Origin: Podarcis cretensis
Taxonomy: Eukaryota
NCBI GenBank assembly: GCA_951804945.1
Contig: OX638159.1
Location: 48,608,001 to 48,672,000, forward strand
DNA length: 64,000 nucleotides
Direction of reading: 5' to 3'
Shown here piece after piece: positions 51,297-62,851 of this stretch. The notes under the pieces were generated by a model, which had not been told where the DNA came from, searched no databases, and worked only from the letters and a program-made list of their open reading frames with translations. Within the stretch, counting starts at the first letter, position 1. The number at the start of each line of letters is the position of its first letter. Made by a program: the position numbers and the translations under genes.

Positions 51297-51559
51297 CCTC
51301 ACTGCGAGACATGAGGTTACAGGGAACCAGGCAGAGGGTCTTATTGGTAGTGGCGCCCACCCTGTGGAATGCCCATCAGATGTCAAGGAAATAAACAACT
51401 ACCAGACTTTTGGAAGACATCTGAAAGCAGCCCTGTTTAGGGAAGTTTTTAATGTTGACCTTTTAGTGTGTTTTTAACATCCTGTTGGAAGCCGCCCAGA
51501 GTGGCTGAGGAAACCCAGCCAGATGGGTGGGTATAAATAATAAAATTATTATTATTATT
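51297..51559 (+). mobile_element. L2 3' fragment (same family as 7323)
   Basis: Aligns by eye to 7936-8207; (TTA)n tail. Confidence 0.9.
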
Positions 51560-51887
51560 CCTGTTCCACACCAAAAAAATGATTTGAAAATGTTCCAAGG
51601 AACTTCAGATAGCTGCCATAGACATCAATGGAGAAATCAATGACTTTGATGTAGTACCTGCCCTAAAAAAAACATAAAAATGGAGGAAGAAACCCAAGTC
51701 AATGAGGACTGAGAATGCTCACTAGACACTAAATACAGACTTTGGGGTCAGTTGGGGGGGGGACAGAAAACTGGAAGGAAGAATGGATTGGAGTAGCTGA
51801 AACCATGAACAGAAGATGTCCATACTGCATAATTTTGTTGCTGGGTCCTGCTTGCAGAAGCCCTATATGTGGCAAAGCATTCTAGAA

Positions 51888-52024
51888 CAGGGGTAGCCAA
51901 TATTTTGTCTACCAGATGTTGTTGGACTACAACTCTTTTCATCCCTGACCCATTGGCTATGCTGGCTGGGGCTGATAGGAGTTGTAATAGAACAATATCT
52001 GGAGAGCATTCCATTGCTATCCTG
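51888..52024. mobile_element. hAT MITE of the ACTACAACTCCC family (a second copy follows at ~52135-52252)
   Basis: CAGGGGTAGCCAA ... TTGCTATCCTG termini; TSD TTCTAGAA/TTCTAGAG; same core as the 7227 element. Confidence 0.75.
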
Positions 52025-55000
52025 TTCTAGAGTGCCAGTGAAGCCACAAAGGTTTAGGTAATTGCTCATCCTCAAAATGGACTCTTGAGCACTATAATGT
52101 GTCCAGTGTTTTCTCAATATAAGACATTGTAGGATATGGGTGGGGAATTTACAGCTCAACAGATATTGCTGGACTACAACTCCCATCATCCCTGAACATG
52201 CTGGCTGGAGCTGATGGGAACTGAAGTCAGTGACAGGTCCCCCTTCCCTGGTCATAGAGGAAGTTCAGTAGTGGTGAATAAGATGTCTTTCTGACATTGC
52301 TGATTTTCACACTAAGAACCTCCTGAGAAGATCCCGAGGAATCCCAGGGTTCTTAGGAATAGTTTGAAAACCACCAATTTAAGACACTGGAGAATACAAT
52401 TACTGTATCAGTGATTTTTTCACTATTCACTCAGATTGTTTATGCTCTTCCTTCCATAGCATGTGATCAAAGAGTGTGTCATCAAAAGCATATAATCTGA
52501 ATGTGTATGTTGCTGAATATCATACATACAGAAAGTCATGGATTCCCAGTGTATTAATTATAAATGCTAGGAAGCTATACCTATTTGTCACTAGATCCAC
52601 TGAATTATAGCAAAACTCATTAACTCAATGTCTAATGAAATCAGTATGGGTCCTCCTTGCAGCCATATTCCAACATAGTATCTGATAATCTGTGAGGTTG
52701 GCAACATACTTCTGAATAAAAGTTTTAATACTGAGAGAGGCAAAAAAGTGACAAGAATTTGAGCTTTTATACAATTTAAATATTATTCTGTACTTCTCAT
52801 TAATTCCAATGAGGTTTAAATAATGGTTCAATGGTACATTTAAGTACTGGTCTGGCAGTACATCTTTATAATTACATATTGTGATTAATAGCTGTTTCTA
52901 TTATACAACATACTATTTTAAGGAATAGCCATGTCTGTTGAAAGTAGATAAAATGTTGACAAAAGTACTTTAAATAGTAATAGCCCTTTAGTGATTTCCT
53001 TCAGCAGTAATTTTTATTTATTCAGAAAGTGCAGTGTATAAATAAGGCATATAAGAAACTGAGGACTATTTTAAAAGCCTTGTAGAAGTGCTCACGTTAC
53101 AGCAACAATTATTATTCCCCCAGAAACACTAGTTTATGGCATATGGAAAATTGTTTCTTCTTCGACAAATAAGTTTTTATTAATTTTCCAATATTCCCCC
53201 CAATGATAGCCAAATTATAACAATATCAATTAATTTGGAAAATTGTTTCTTAATCAGGTATCTAGGTGTTTTATAGTTAACAAGACAAACAGGTATCTAG
53301 GTATCATTACTGTCTGGGAGGTACAGGTAGCAGTTGTGGCAAGGAGTGCATTCTACCTTCTCAGGCTTGTATATCAGCCATAGCTGTCAACATTTTGCTT
53401 TTTTAAAGGGAAATTCCCTCATTCATAATAGGATTCCTCGCAAGAAAAGGGAAAAGTTGACAGCTAAGACAGCTGCGGCCCTATCTGGAGCAGCATGGCT
53501 TAGCTTTGGTTGCTTCAGTGCTGGGGGTTGGGGGTGGTGGCAGTCTCTCAAAGATGATTCAGAAACTTAATGCAAAACACAGCCACCTGGGTGTCAGGGC
53601 TTGAGTCACCAGGAAGCAGGAAATCAGGTTGGAGCGCTGCTCCAGGACTGCCTCCATCCGGGGGGGGGGGGGGTCTCCATGCCTCGTTCTTGCCCATGGT
53701 GGGGCTTCACTTCCAGCTGTTCACCAGCACCCGGGCTCTCGTCATTAACTTTTAATTCTTAAATAGTTTGCACCCTGCATCCGCGTGATCCTGCTGGCAA
53801 TCTAAGATCTGTGTCTGAAGTCCTATTTCTGTGCCAGCCAGTGAAATTGGTTAGGAATGCAAATGGTCTTCTCATTCAGGCACTGCCCAGATGTAGATGC
53901 CTTAGCTTTAATAAGCCTGTCTTCAGAACCTGTCCTAAATAATGTGTGTTCTAGAACCATGTGAAAGCATTCTGACAGCCTGTTCTAATGCTGATTCATT
54001 ACCTTGCACTATGCAACCAGAAGCTGAAAATTACCCAAGCATATAACATTGCCAAAATCATAGTTCAAATAATTTAACTTACATGTGTAGCTGTAACTGT
54101 ATGAGAAATGTAATCCTTCCTTTAATGAAATATTAATTTTGCTAGCATATTCACACATTTTATGCTGGCCTCGGGAGAAAGGATAATCAATGTTATAAGT
54201 ATTACATTTTCTTTTGTAAAATTTGAAAAGACAAACAACAACACACACTAAAAAACAATGACAGTGTCACTGCAAATATTTCACTTTAATGATATTGACT
54301 AGGACAAGCCTTTAAAAATGTTATTTATTGATTTTTTGCAGATAACATAGTTATATGAATACAGCCTCAGTTCAGCACTCATGGAGGGTTGACAAATGCA
54401 ACAGATACATCATGTGAGGCTGGAGCCTTGTTCAGTTGTTAGTAGAGGTGATGTGCACATTTCAAGCAGGAGTGATCACCAAAAGCTGCTACAAGCTGGA
54501 TTGGTGCAAGGACAGCCCTGCTCACAGCCTGTTTCAAGCAGGGTTGTGCTTGCTTTAGTCCAGCAAGCCACTATCCCTCTGCCAACAACTTAGCCAACGA
54601 CTTAGATATGAGACAGCAGAAGATGTCACTGGAGAATGCTCATGAACTCCTACTTCCTTTATTTTTCCACAGTGAGCTTGGATGAGCAGCATTAGATTCC
54701 TCAGATTCATTTCTCATTATAGGGCAAGCCTTGTCATCACACATGGACATGAATACACTGCAGACGTGTTTTGCCATGCTGATGGTGAATGTTGCTGCCC
54801 CTACCCAATTTTAATTAAGCAGCAACATAAAAAGTTTACCCACATTTTAATTTGTAAGGAAAAGACGAATGTTTTCAACTTCAGTGTTCTATCCTATCTT
54901 GCTTTTAGGTTATATATGTTTGCAAACATACATATTTGATGATAGAAACGCCTTCAAAAATACATAAATTGGGTACCCCTGGTCTAGATTTGTTTTCTTT

Positions 55001-55982
55001 TATTAACTTTCCAGGTAGCTTTATTCTCTTCAGTTTAGGAACTTCATACCTGCAGCAAAAGCTAAAAGCCCAGTATATAAAGAGGAAAAGAATGGTGTAA
55101 TCTGTGTCCAAAGCTAGCATTGTTTGTACATGAAATCAATTCTCAAGAGAGACATTGATAGATCAGTATGTCACAGCTTTGTGTAAACAAAGTCATGTGA
55201 ATTTGAATGCTTAATAGAGACCAGAAGAGAATAGTATATCTGATAAGATGAACAAAGCAAAGTTCTATTTGGCTGTGCAAATAATGCATGACATTTGTAG
55301 AGCTAATAGTCTCAAGAGTCAGCAAGTAGAAAAGGACGTTGAATTAAAAGTGTACATAAGGGCACTGAATTAAGCTAGAATCCACACGATAACTTGTCTG
55401 ACATACAATGTAGAGCATACATTCTATATTAACAGTCTGCACTAATTTATAAATGGGTTATTTGGTTATTGGGGTGCTGAGAAACTATTGTTGTTACAGT
55501 TCTATTATCACCTCCTGCAGACTTTGATTTCTTCATTCTATTGCTCTTGGTAGCATAGTAGATCATTATTACTATCCCCCCACCCTGAAACCTTATGGCA
55601 TCAATTAGATTCTAAAAACTCATTGATGGACAACATCATTCCAGAAGAAACAAGAACCATTTCTTGCCTTGTTGTTATATTGAACATTTGTTTTAATCTC
55701 ACACTTCTTCATACCTCACCTCCATTTTTTAAAATGTATTTTTTATTAAAGATTTCTTGGTTTACAAAAGTATGTGCAATGTCTCTTTTTTTCCAAGTTA
55801 CATTTTCTACAGATCAGATTCATTTGTTGAGACATTAGTGTTACATTAGGAAGAAAAAGGGGGGAAGAGGTGGAGGGGCCATGGTGGGTTGGGTGGCGAT
55901 GTTTCTATTTTACTTTATGTGTGGGGTTTTGTGTCAGCGTCGCTTGTGCAGGCATAAGGTGCTCTACAGCAGGGGGTTAGAT

Positions 55983-56449
55983 CATGGGTTGGCAAGCTAA
56001 GGCCCGGGAGCCGGAGCCGGAGCCGGCCCAATTGCCTTGTGGATCTGGCCCACGGACAGTCCAGGAATCGCCGCGTGGATCAGTGTGGGGATTCTGATCA
56101 TTGAGGCTGCTCCATTACCCCCCTTCCCTCATACACACCATGGCAGCGGCATCTCCTCCCTCCCTCCTGGCTTCTCCCCGCCCTGCCTAGAGGAGGAAGG
56201 AGGCTGGGCTTTGTTGAACCGCGGTTGGCTGAGTGCCATTTTTAGCAGCCCCTCTCCGGAGACAGCCCTTTCACACCACTCATCGTGCAGCCGCCAGCCC
56301 CTGCCACTCGCAAGGCACAGGTAAACAGCCACCGGGGCTCGTCCAGTGCTGTGGAGAAGGGAGGGGCGAGTCAGGGGGATTTCCCCCCAAAATTTATTCT
56401 GGCCCCCCACAAGCTCTGAGGGACAGTGGAAAAAGTTTGCTGATCTCTG
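55983..56449. mobile_element. hAT (Charlie/Buster-type) non-autonomous element
   Basis: Termini CATGGGTTGGCAA / TTGCTGATCTCTG; exact 8-bp TSD GGTTAGAT (55975-55982, 56450-56457). Confidence 0.85.
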
Positions 56450-57011
56450 GGTTAGATAAATAGATTGCCAGCAATATACATCATTCTTCATGTATTACAC
56501 GTGTGTGCTCACATGATGCAATAGTGGTAGCCACAAGAGAGATAGAGATTATTTACAAATCACAATTGGATACAGTTCAATATCTGGACAATATAATAGG
56601 GGATCTGACAAACTTCATAATTATTATTTCAAAATCTGATTAACTTTATCAGTTATTAATCTATATCTGAATCCCTTTACCCGGAGCCAGCTAGAGCTCT
56701 ATATACATGGAAGCTGGCTTCCATGTGCCTTTTCCCATCTGGATAGGAAACTGCATGCACAAATGTGTCCTGTGTGCATGATTCCCCTGCCACAATTCAA
56801 AAATTGGGGTTGCATAGTAGGAGAAGCAACCTTCTGTAAAAGGCTCCCTGCCTGTAGCCCTTGCCACTCCACCTTTAGCCTGCTGAAAAGTTGTCAAATT
56901 TCTACTCCTGTGATACAGGAGGTATTATTTGGTTTTTGCTTTTATTTTAATTTTATATACTGTGATCTTTTTATGTGAACTGCCCTGAAACCTCAGGGTT
57001 TAGGGCAGTAT

Positions 57012-57013
<2 letters not shown>

Positions 57014-57053
<40 letters not shown>
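57014..57053. repeat. (TAA)n microsatellite, probably an L2 tail
   Basis: Follows GGGCAGTATATT, resembling the L2 3' terminus. Confidence 0.85.
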
Positions 57054-57055
<2 letters not shown>

Positions 57056-58042
57056 ACATTATCTTACTCAACAGCTTTCTGATCATTAGCACAAGAGAGA
57101 GATTTTGAAATGAAGAAACATTGGTTCCCAAGGATTTCCATTTTAGCTGGACCATAGGACCTGGCTGCCCAAGATCATGTTTGGTGAATATTAACACTTG
57201 CTAATATGTTGCATGGGACTGAGTACCCCGACAAAAATATATATCTCAGTGTGAAAACATGGGAGTTTTGCAGCTGGGTCTCTGGTTTTGCACCTGCAGT
57301 TAATTGTGCCCATATTCTTGTGCCTACAACCCATTTTTGGTCTGAGCATCTGTTCCTTTTGTGTTTATTTGCACTTCAGTGATGCAGGCTTAATTTCTCC
57401 CATTTTTATTTCATAACATGCTAATGCTTGGTTTGTTTTTCGCTTAATGCTTTCTCTGTGGGCATTACAGAATTGTGTTAAGGATGTAATTTACTGTTTT
57501 GTATGTACTGGATGCTTCCTGCACATTGCCACAGCTGAGTAGATACAGTTAGGGTGACATATCAACTGTGGAAATAACATGGATCAAAAGTAGCAACTAT
57601 GGAAATAACATGTTCTTTTCACACATGCTCCATCAGCTGTAGCTTTTGACTTCCACTGGCAAAGTACAAATGCCTTCATATCATACATTCCTCTATAATT
57701 TAGAAAATTAAATGTTGGCATATTTTATATGAGCTGTCCATTGTTTTCAAGTGGCACAAAGCCTTACCACATTATCCATAGGGATCCTCTCCTAGGAAAA
57801 CATATTCAGAACCTGATGCCCAATACATTTCTAGAGCTACTTACTTGCGTATAACCATGCTAAACTCAACTGGATTTGCTTCTATGAGTAAACATATATA
57901 GGATCAGAACTCAAGGTTGCAGTCCTAAGCACATTTAGACAATAAGGCTGGATTCCTGTGCACAGTTACCTAGGGATACTCTTCTTAAGAACGCTGTGGT
58001 TTACCATCACCATTGCAACCTGCCACTAATCATAGAGCGCAG

Positions 58043-58533
58043 CATGGGCATAGCCAGGATTTTTTCTTAGGGGGCAGGTTTTTTTTGGGGGGGCAGAACC
58101 TCAGATTTGTATTGATTTATATTGATTCAGGGGATGCAGGTGGCGTTGTGGTCTAAACCACAGAGCCTAGGACTTGCCGATCAGAAGGTCGGTGGTTCGA
58201 ATCCCCGCAACAGGGTGAGCTCCCATTGCTCGGTCCCTGCTCCTGCCAACCTAGCAGTTCGAAAGCATGTCAAAGTGCAAGTAGATAAATAGGTACTGCT
58301 CCGGTGGGAAGGTAAACGGCATTTCCGTGCGCTGCTCTGGTTTGCCAGAAGCGGCTTAGTCATGCTGGCCACAAGACCCGAAAGCTGTACGCCGGCTCCC
58401 TCGGCCAATAAAGCAAGATGAGCGCCGCAACCCCAGAGTCGGCCATGACTGGACCTAATGGTCAGGGGTCCCTTTACCTTTATATTGATTCAGAGGCAGC
58501 TGCCCCCCTGGCCCCCCCTTAGCTACTCCCATG
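58043..58533. mobile_element. hAT-type MITE split by a Sauria SINE
   Basis: Termini CATGGGCATAGC / GCTACTCCCATG; homologous to 1633-1759. Confidence 0.75.
58131..58480 (+). mobile_element. full-length Sauria SINE
   Basis: TSD TATATTGATTCAG on both sides; canonical head and tail. Confidence 0.95.
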
Positions 58534-58715
58534 GACACAGGGTGTTTTACCCTGTTCCTATTAATATTTGCCCTCTTCACAGTTTTTCTAAAGGGCTCAT
58601 TCTGCTGCTGCTTTTCCCACCATCACCAGAAGAGAGAGCTTTGCTACCAGACATTTTACGTTAAGCCTGAAGTCTTTCTCATTCTTTTCCTAGTAACAAA
58701 CTTTTAAAACAAACT

Positions 58716-58853
58716 TTTAGAAGACATCTGAAGGCAGCCCTGTTTAGGGAAGCTTTTAATGTTCAATAGGTTATTGTATTTTAGTGTTTTGTTGGAAGCC
58801 GCCCAGAGTGGGCAGGGTATAAATAAATTATTATTATTATTATTATTATTATT
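58716..58853 (+). mobile_element. L2 3' fragment
   Basis: AGAAGACATCTGAAGGCAGCCCTGTTTAGGGAAG ... (TTA)n. Confidence 0.85.
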
Positions 58854-59559
58854 ACACCAGGTGCTAAGGACTTGCTTCTGCAGTTGCTACTACTGCTCAG
58901 GCCAGAGTGAGCTTCACTTTGCCCTTGCTGGTAATAAGCATTCTTAATTGTCTAGCTATGTTATTTTATTAGTCATTTATTACTAAATTGTTCTGAATTG
59001 TCTTTTATATAGTAACAGGCATGTGTTTGTGTATGAGAGACCTTGACTATAATTGGGATCGCATTCACACTGTAAATTTGGGGCACTTTTATACTACTTG
59101 AACAATCATGGCTCACCCCCCCCCCCCAAGACTCTTATACCATATGAACGAAAGTGGCTTCCCCTAAAGAATCCTGGGAACCGTAGTTTAAGGGCACTGA
59201 GAGTTGTTAGGAGACCCCTCGCATAACCAGAAATCCCAGCACACTTAATATACCAAAAAGCTGAATACAAATAATCTGGCTATGACTACTATGATTTTAA
59301 TGCAAACAGGAATAGCATTGGGTGGCATTGCGTTCTCCAATGTTTATCTTATCAATAAAAAAAAATTCACTGTGGCACAAGCACAGTTTTATTCTGAAAG
59401 CTTGCCCCAGAGAAAAAGAGTTTGAGAACCACTGCATTAGCCCAGAAAGTTTCATTTTAAAAAAGAGAGAGAGAGAGAGAAAATAAAACTCTCAGTTCAG
59501 TTCAGTTCAAACAATGGGTGGATGGGAAAACTGCCATATTCCAATTACAAAGCAGTCTA

Positions 59560-59657
59560 GGTAAAGGTAAAAGAGCTTGCGAGCGGATGGCACTGTGGTC
59601 TAAACCACTGAGCCTCTTAGGCTTGCTGATCAGAAGGTCGTCAGTACACAGTTCATT
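59560..59657. mobile_element. rearranged Sauria SINE remnant between 60-bp direct repeats
   Basis: Minus-strand tail GGTAAAGGTAAA followed by a plus-strand head (~59581-59640); repeats at 59500-59559 and 59658-59717. Confidence 0.8.
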
Positions 59658-59805
59658 GTTCAGTTCAAACAATGGGTGGATGGGGAAACTGCCATATTCC
59701 AATTACAAAGCAGTCTAACTTCCAGCTGCTCATAACTATATTTTGATTGTATGACTGCAATCCTATGGATGCTTATTTGAAAGTAATCTCCAGTGAACTC
59801 CATAG

Positions 59806-60144
59806 TAAAAGGTAAAGGGACCCCTGACCATTAGGTCCAGTCGCGGGCGACCCTGGGGTTGCGGCACTCATCTCGCTTTATTGGCCAAGGGAGCCGGCGT
59901 ACAGCTTCCAGGTCATGTGGCCAGCATGACTAAGCAGCTTCTGGCGAACCAGAGCAGTGCACAGAAATGCCGTTTATCTTTCTGCCAGAGCAGTACCTAT
60001 TTATCTACTTGTCCTTCATGCTTTCGAATTGCTAGGTTGGCAGGAGCAGGGTTTTAGCAACAGGAGCTCACCCCGTCGCAGGGATTCGAACTGCCGACCT
60101 TCTGATCTGCAAGCCCTAGGCTTTGTTGTTTAACCCACAGCACC
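59806..60144 (-). mobile_element. Sauria SINE
   Basis: Canonical tail, core and most of the head. Confidence 0.92.
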
Positions 60145-61327
60145 TTCTGAGTAAATATGTGTAGGTTCAACTTGTTAAACACATGCCTAATAAAGGCTCT
60201 TATTCAGCCAGCTGAAATGTAGCCTTTTGCAAAAGCAAACAATCTTAGAGACATTTTACCATTTACGCCTGCTGGTGTGAAGTAGAAAACTCCTTACATA
60301 AAAGGAGATAAGTGCTTCTACTGATTCTCTTCAGCAGTCACTCTTCTTATTTTGGGTATTCTGTCCCTGCTTGACAGTTGAAGTAAGCAGTTTGAAATGT
60401 TAGAACCAAATAACTACAAAGGGGTTACACAGCAAAAGAGACGATCACACTCCAGCTTGCTCTAATTGATAAGCATAGGTAAGAAAACTAAACAATCACG
60501 CATTCCTTGTCTTGCCACACCTTTTGAATTTGAGCTACTAGTCACAGACCACTTCAAAGCTTCATCCATTCATTTCCTCCTCACAACAGGGGAAGCCCAT
60601 CACCATAATTATTTTTGGCTAATCCTGGCCTTTAGAATGCCTTTCTTCTTTCCCAGTGGCCACTCAGTTTACTTTCATTTCTAGCCATTCAGAAACCCAG
60701 TATATTCCCATAGCTATTTGGAAGCAATCAACACATCCCAATGGCCATCCACTGTCATTCATTTCAATATGCCCCTTTTACACATGAACGACAAACATAG
60801 CTGTCCCCATCACATTTGATGGCCCTGAGGCAGAACAGATAAAACTGCTCAGACACCTGCGTGTTTGGCTTTGAATGGCCTCGCCCTCAGGCTACTGGCT
60901 TTCTTTCCAAAGACTCAAATAGCAGGGCAGAGCAGGGGGTGTTAACAGCTTGGGATGGGTGGGGGTCAAATGTATTAAGGGCTGTGACAATGGAGAGGGA
61001 GAAGTCAGCAGGCCAGGTGCCTGCTTGCCTCTGCAAGATAAAAGAGGATTAGGGAGCCATCTGCACCTGTCAGGTGTGCTTCTCCTGGCAGGTTTCCCTT
61101 AACAACAAAAGTCCCTCACCAGGAGAAGAGTGGCTGCTTCAGATGACAGGTGTGTTCTAGCTATCTAACTTTTAGAACAGGTTAAAGGAGTGCCTAGGTT
61201 GAAATTATATAACTGAAGGGGAGAAGTAGATGTCTCTCTATTGTCTTAGGCTACATTACTAACTCTCTTTATCTGGGAGTAAGCCCCATGGAATTCGACA
61301 GGATTTATATTTGAGTATACATGGAAA

Positions 61328-61686
61328 GGGGACGTGGGTAGTGCTGTGGGTTAAACCACAGAGCTTAGGGCTTGCTGATCAGAAGGTTGGTGGTTCGAAT
61401 CCCCGTGAAGGGGTGAACTCCCATTACTCGGTCCCAGCTCCTGCCAACCTAGCAGTTCAAAAGCACGTCAAAGTGCAAGTAGATAAATAGGTACCGCTCC
61501 AGCGGGAAGGTAAACAGCATTTCCATGTGCAGCTCTGGTTCGCCAGAAGCGGCTTAGTCATGCTGGCCACATAACCCAGAAGCTGTACACCGTCTCCCTC
61601 GGCCAATAAAGTGAGATGAGCACCGCAACCCCAGAGTCGTCCGCGACTGGACCTAATGGTCAGGGGTCCCTTTACCTTTACCTTTT
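61328..61686 (+). mobile_element. full-length Sauria SINE
   Basis: TSD TATACATGG (61316-61324, 61687-61695); (ACCTTT)n tail. Confidence 0.94.
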
Positions 61687-61810
61687 TATACATGGTTAGG
61701 ATTACACAATGCCTATCTTTGCCTTATGCAGAAGTACCTTGCACTGGATAGCCCAGCACAGGAACAAAGAAATAGCTTGCTTGCTATATCTGAGGTTCCC
61801 ATGTCTGCAT

Positions 61811-62191
61811 TAAAGGTAAAAGGTAAAGGTACCCCTGCCCGTACGGGCCAGTCTTGACAGACTCTGGGGTTGTGCGCCCATCTCACTTAAGAGGCCAGGG
61901 GCCAGCGCTGTCCGGAGACACTTCCGGGTCACGTGGCCAGCGTGACATCGCTGCTCTGGCCAGAGCCAGAGCCAGAGCCAGAGCCGCACACGGAAACGCT
62001 GTTTACCTTCCCGCTGGTAAGCGGTCCCTATTTTTCTACTTGCACCCGGAGGTGCTTTCGAACTGCTAGGTTGGCAGGCGCTGGGACCGAGCAGCGGGAG
62101 CGCACCCCGCCGCAGGGATTCGAACCGCCGACTTTTCGATCGGCAAGCCCTAGGCGCTGAGGCTTTAACCCACAGCGCCACCTGCGTCCCC
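61811..62191 (-). mobile_element. full-length young Sauria SINE (same subfamily as 26597) with internal (GCCAGA)4
   Basis: Near-identity to 26597-26957; CpGs intact. Confidence 0.95.
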
Positions 62192-62511
62192 AATGACTAT
62201 TAGACAATGGGGCAAGAGTTGGTTGAGAAATTGACAAACCCCCTGTTTCTTAACAGGGGTCACCGTAGCAATATTAGCTAACTATAAATATAACAATGCA
62301 GAAGATATAAGGAAAGCTATATGCTGACATCTTTAATTAATGTGTGTGCATTGAGGAAGGGTCATAGCTCCCTAGCAGAATACATACTTTCCATGAAATT
62401 CCCATGCAATCTCTGGCATCTCCAACCAAGGGATAGCACAGGAGACCCAGTAGCAGGTGATGGGAAAGACCTTGTGAAACCACCATTTGTCAAAGTAGAC
62501 AATACTGGACT

Positions 62512-62851
62512 AGAAAGGGGTGATATGATAGCCATGTTCAAATATATAAAAGGATGTCACATAGAGGAGGGAGAAAGGTTGTTTTCTGCTGCTCCAGAAA
62601 AGCGGACACGGAGCAATGGATCCAAACTACAAGAAAAAAGATTCCACCTAAACATTAGGAAGAACTTCCTGACAGCAAGAGCTGTTCGACAGTGGAATTT
62701 GCTGCCAAGGAGTGTGGTGGAGTCTCCTTCTTTGGAGGTCTTTAAGCAGAGGCTTGACAACCATATGTCAGGAGTGCTCTGATGGTGTTTCCTGCTTGGC
62801 AGGGGGTTGGACTCGATGGCCCTTGTGGTCTCTTCCAACTCTATGATTCTA
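62512..62851 (+). mobile_element. CR1 LINE 3' fragment (ORF2 C-terminus and 3' UTR)
   Basis: RGDMIAMFKYIKG...RTRSNG-KL...RKNFLT-RAVRQWNLLP...SLEVFKQRLD is the CR1 ORF2 tail; ends CTCTATGATTCTA. Confidence 0.93.

Noticed and set aside
54341-54939. Plus-strand ORFs 54396..54593 and 54682..54939 as coding exons
   Set aside because: Short, no recognisable homology, and stops in all frames across the block.
62321-62782. 153-aa ORF
   Set aside because: Chance read-in from flanking DNA to a CR1 ORF2 C-terminal fragment.
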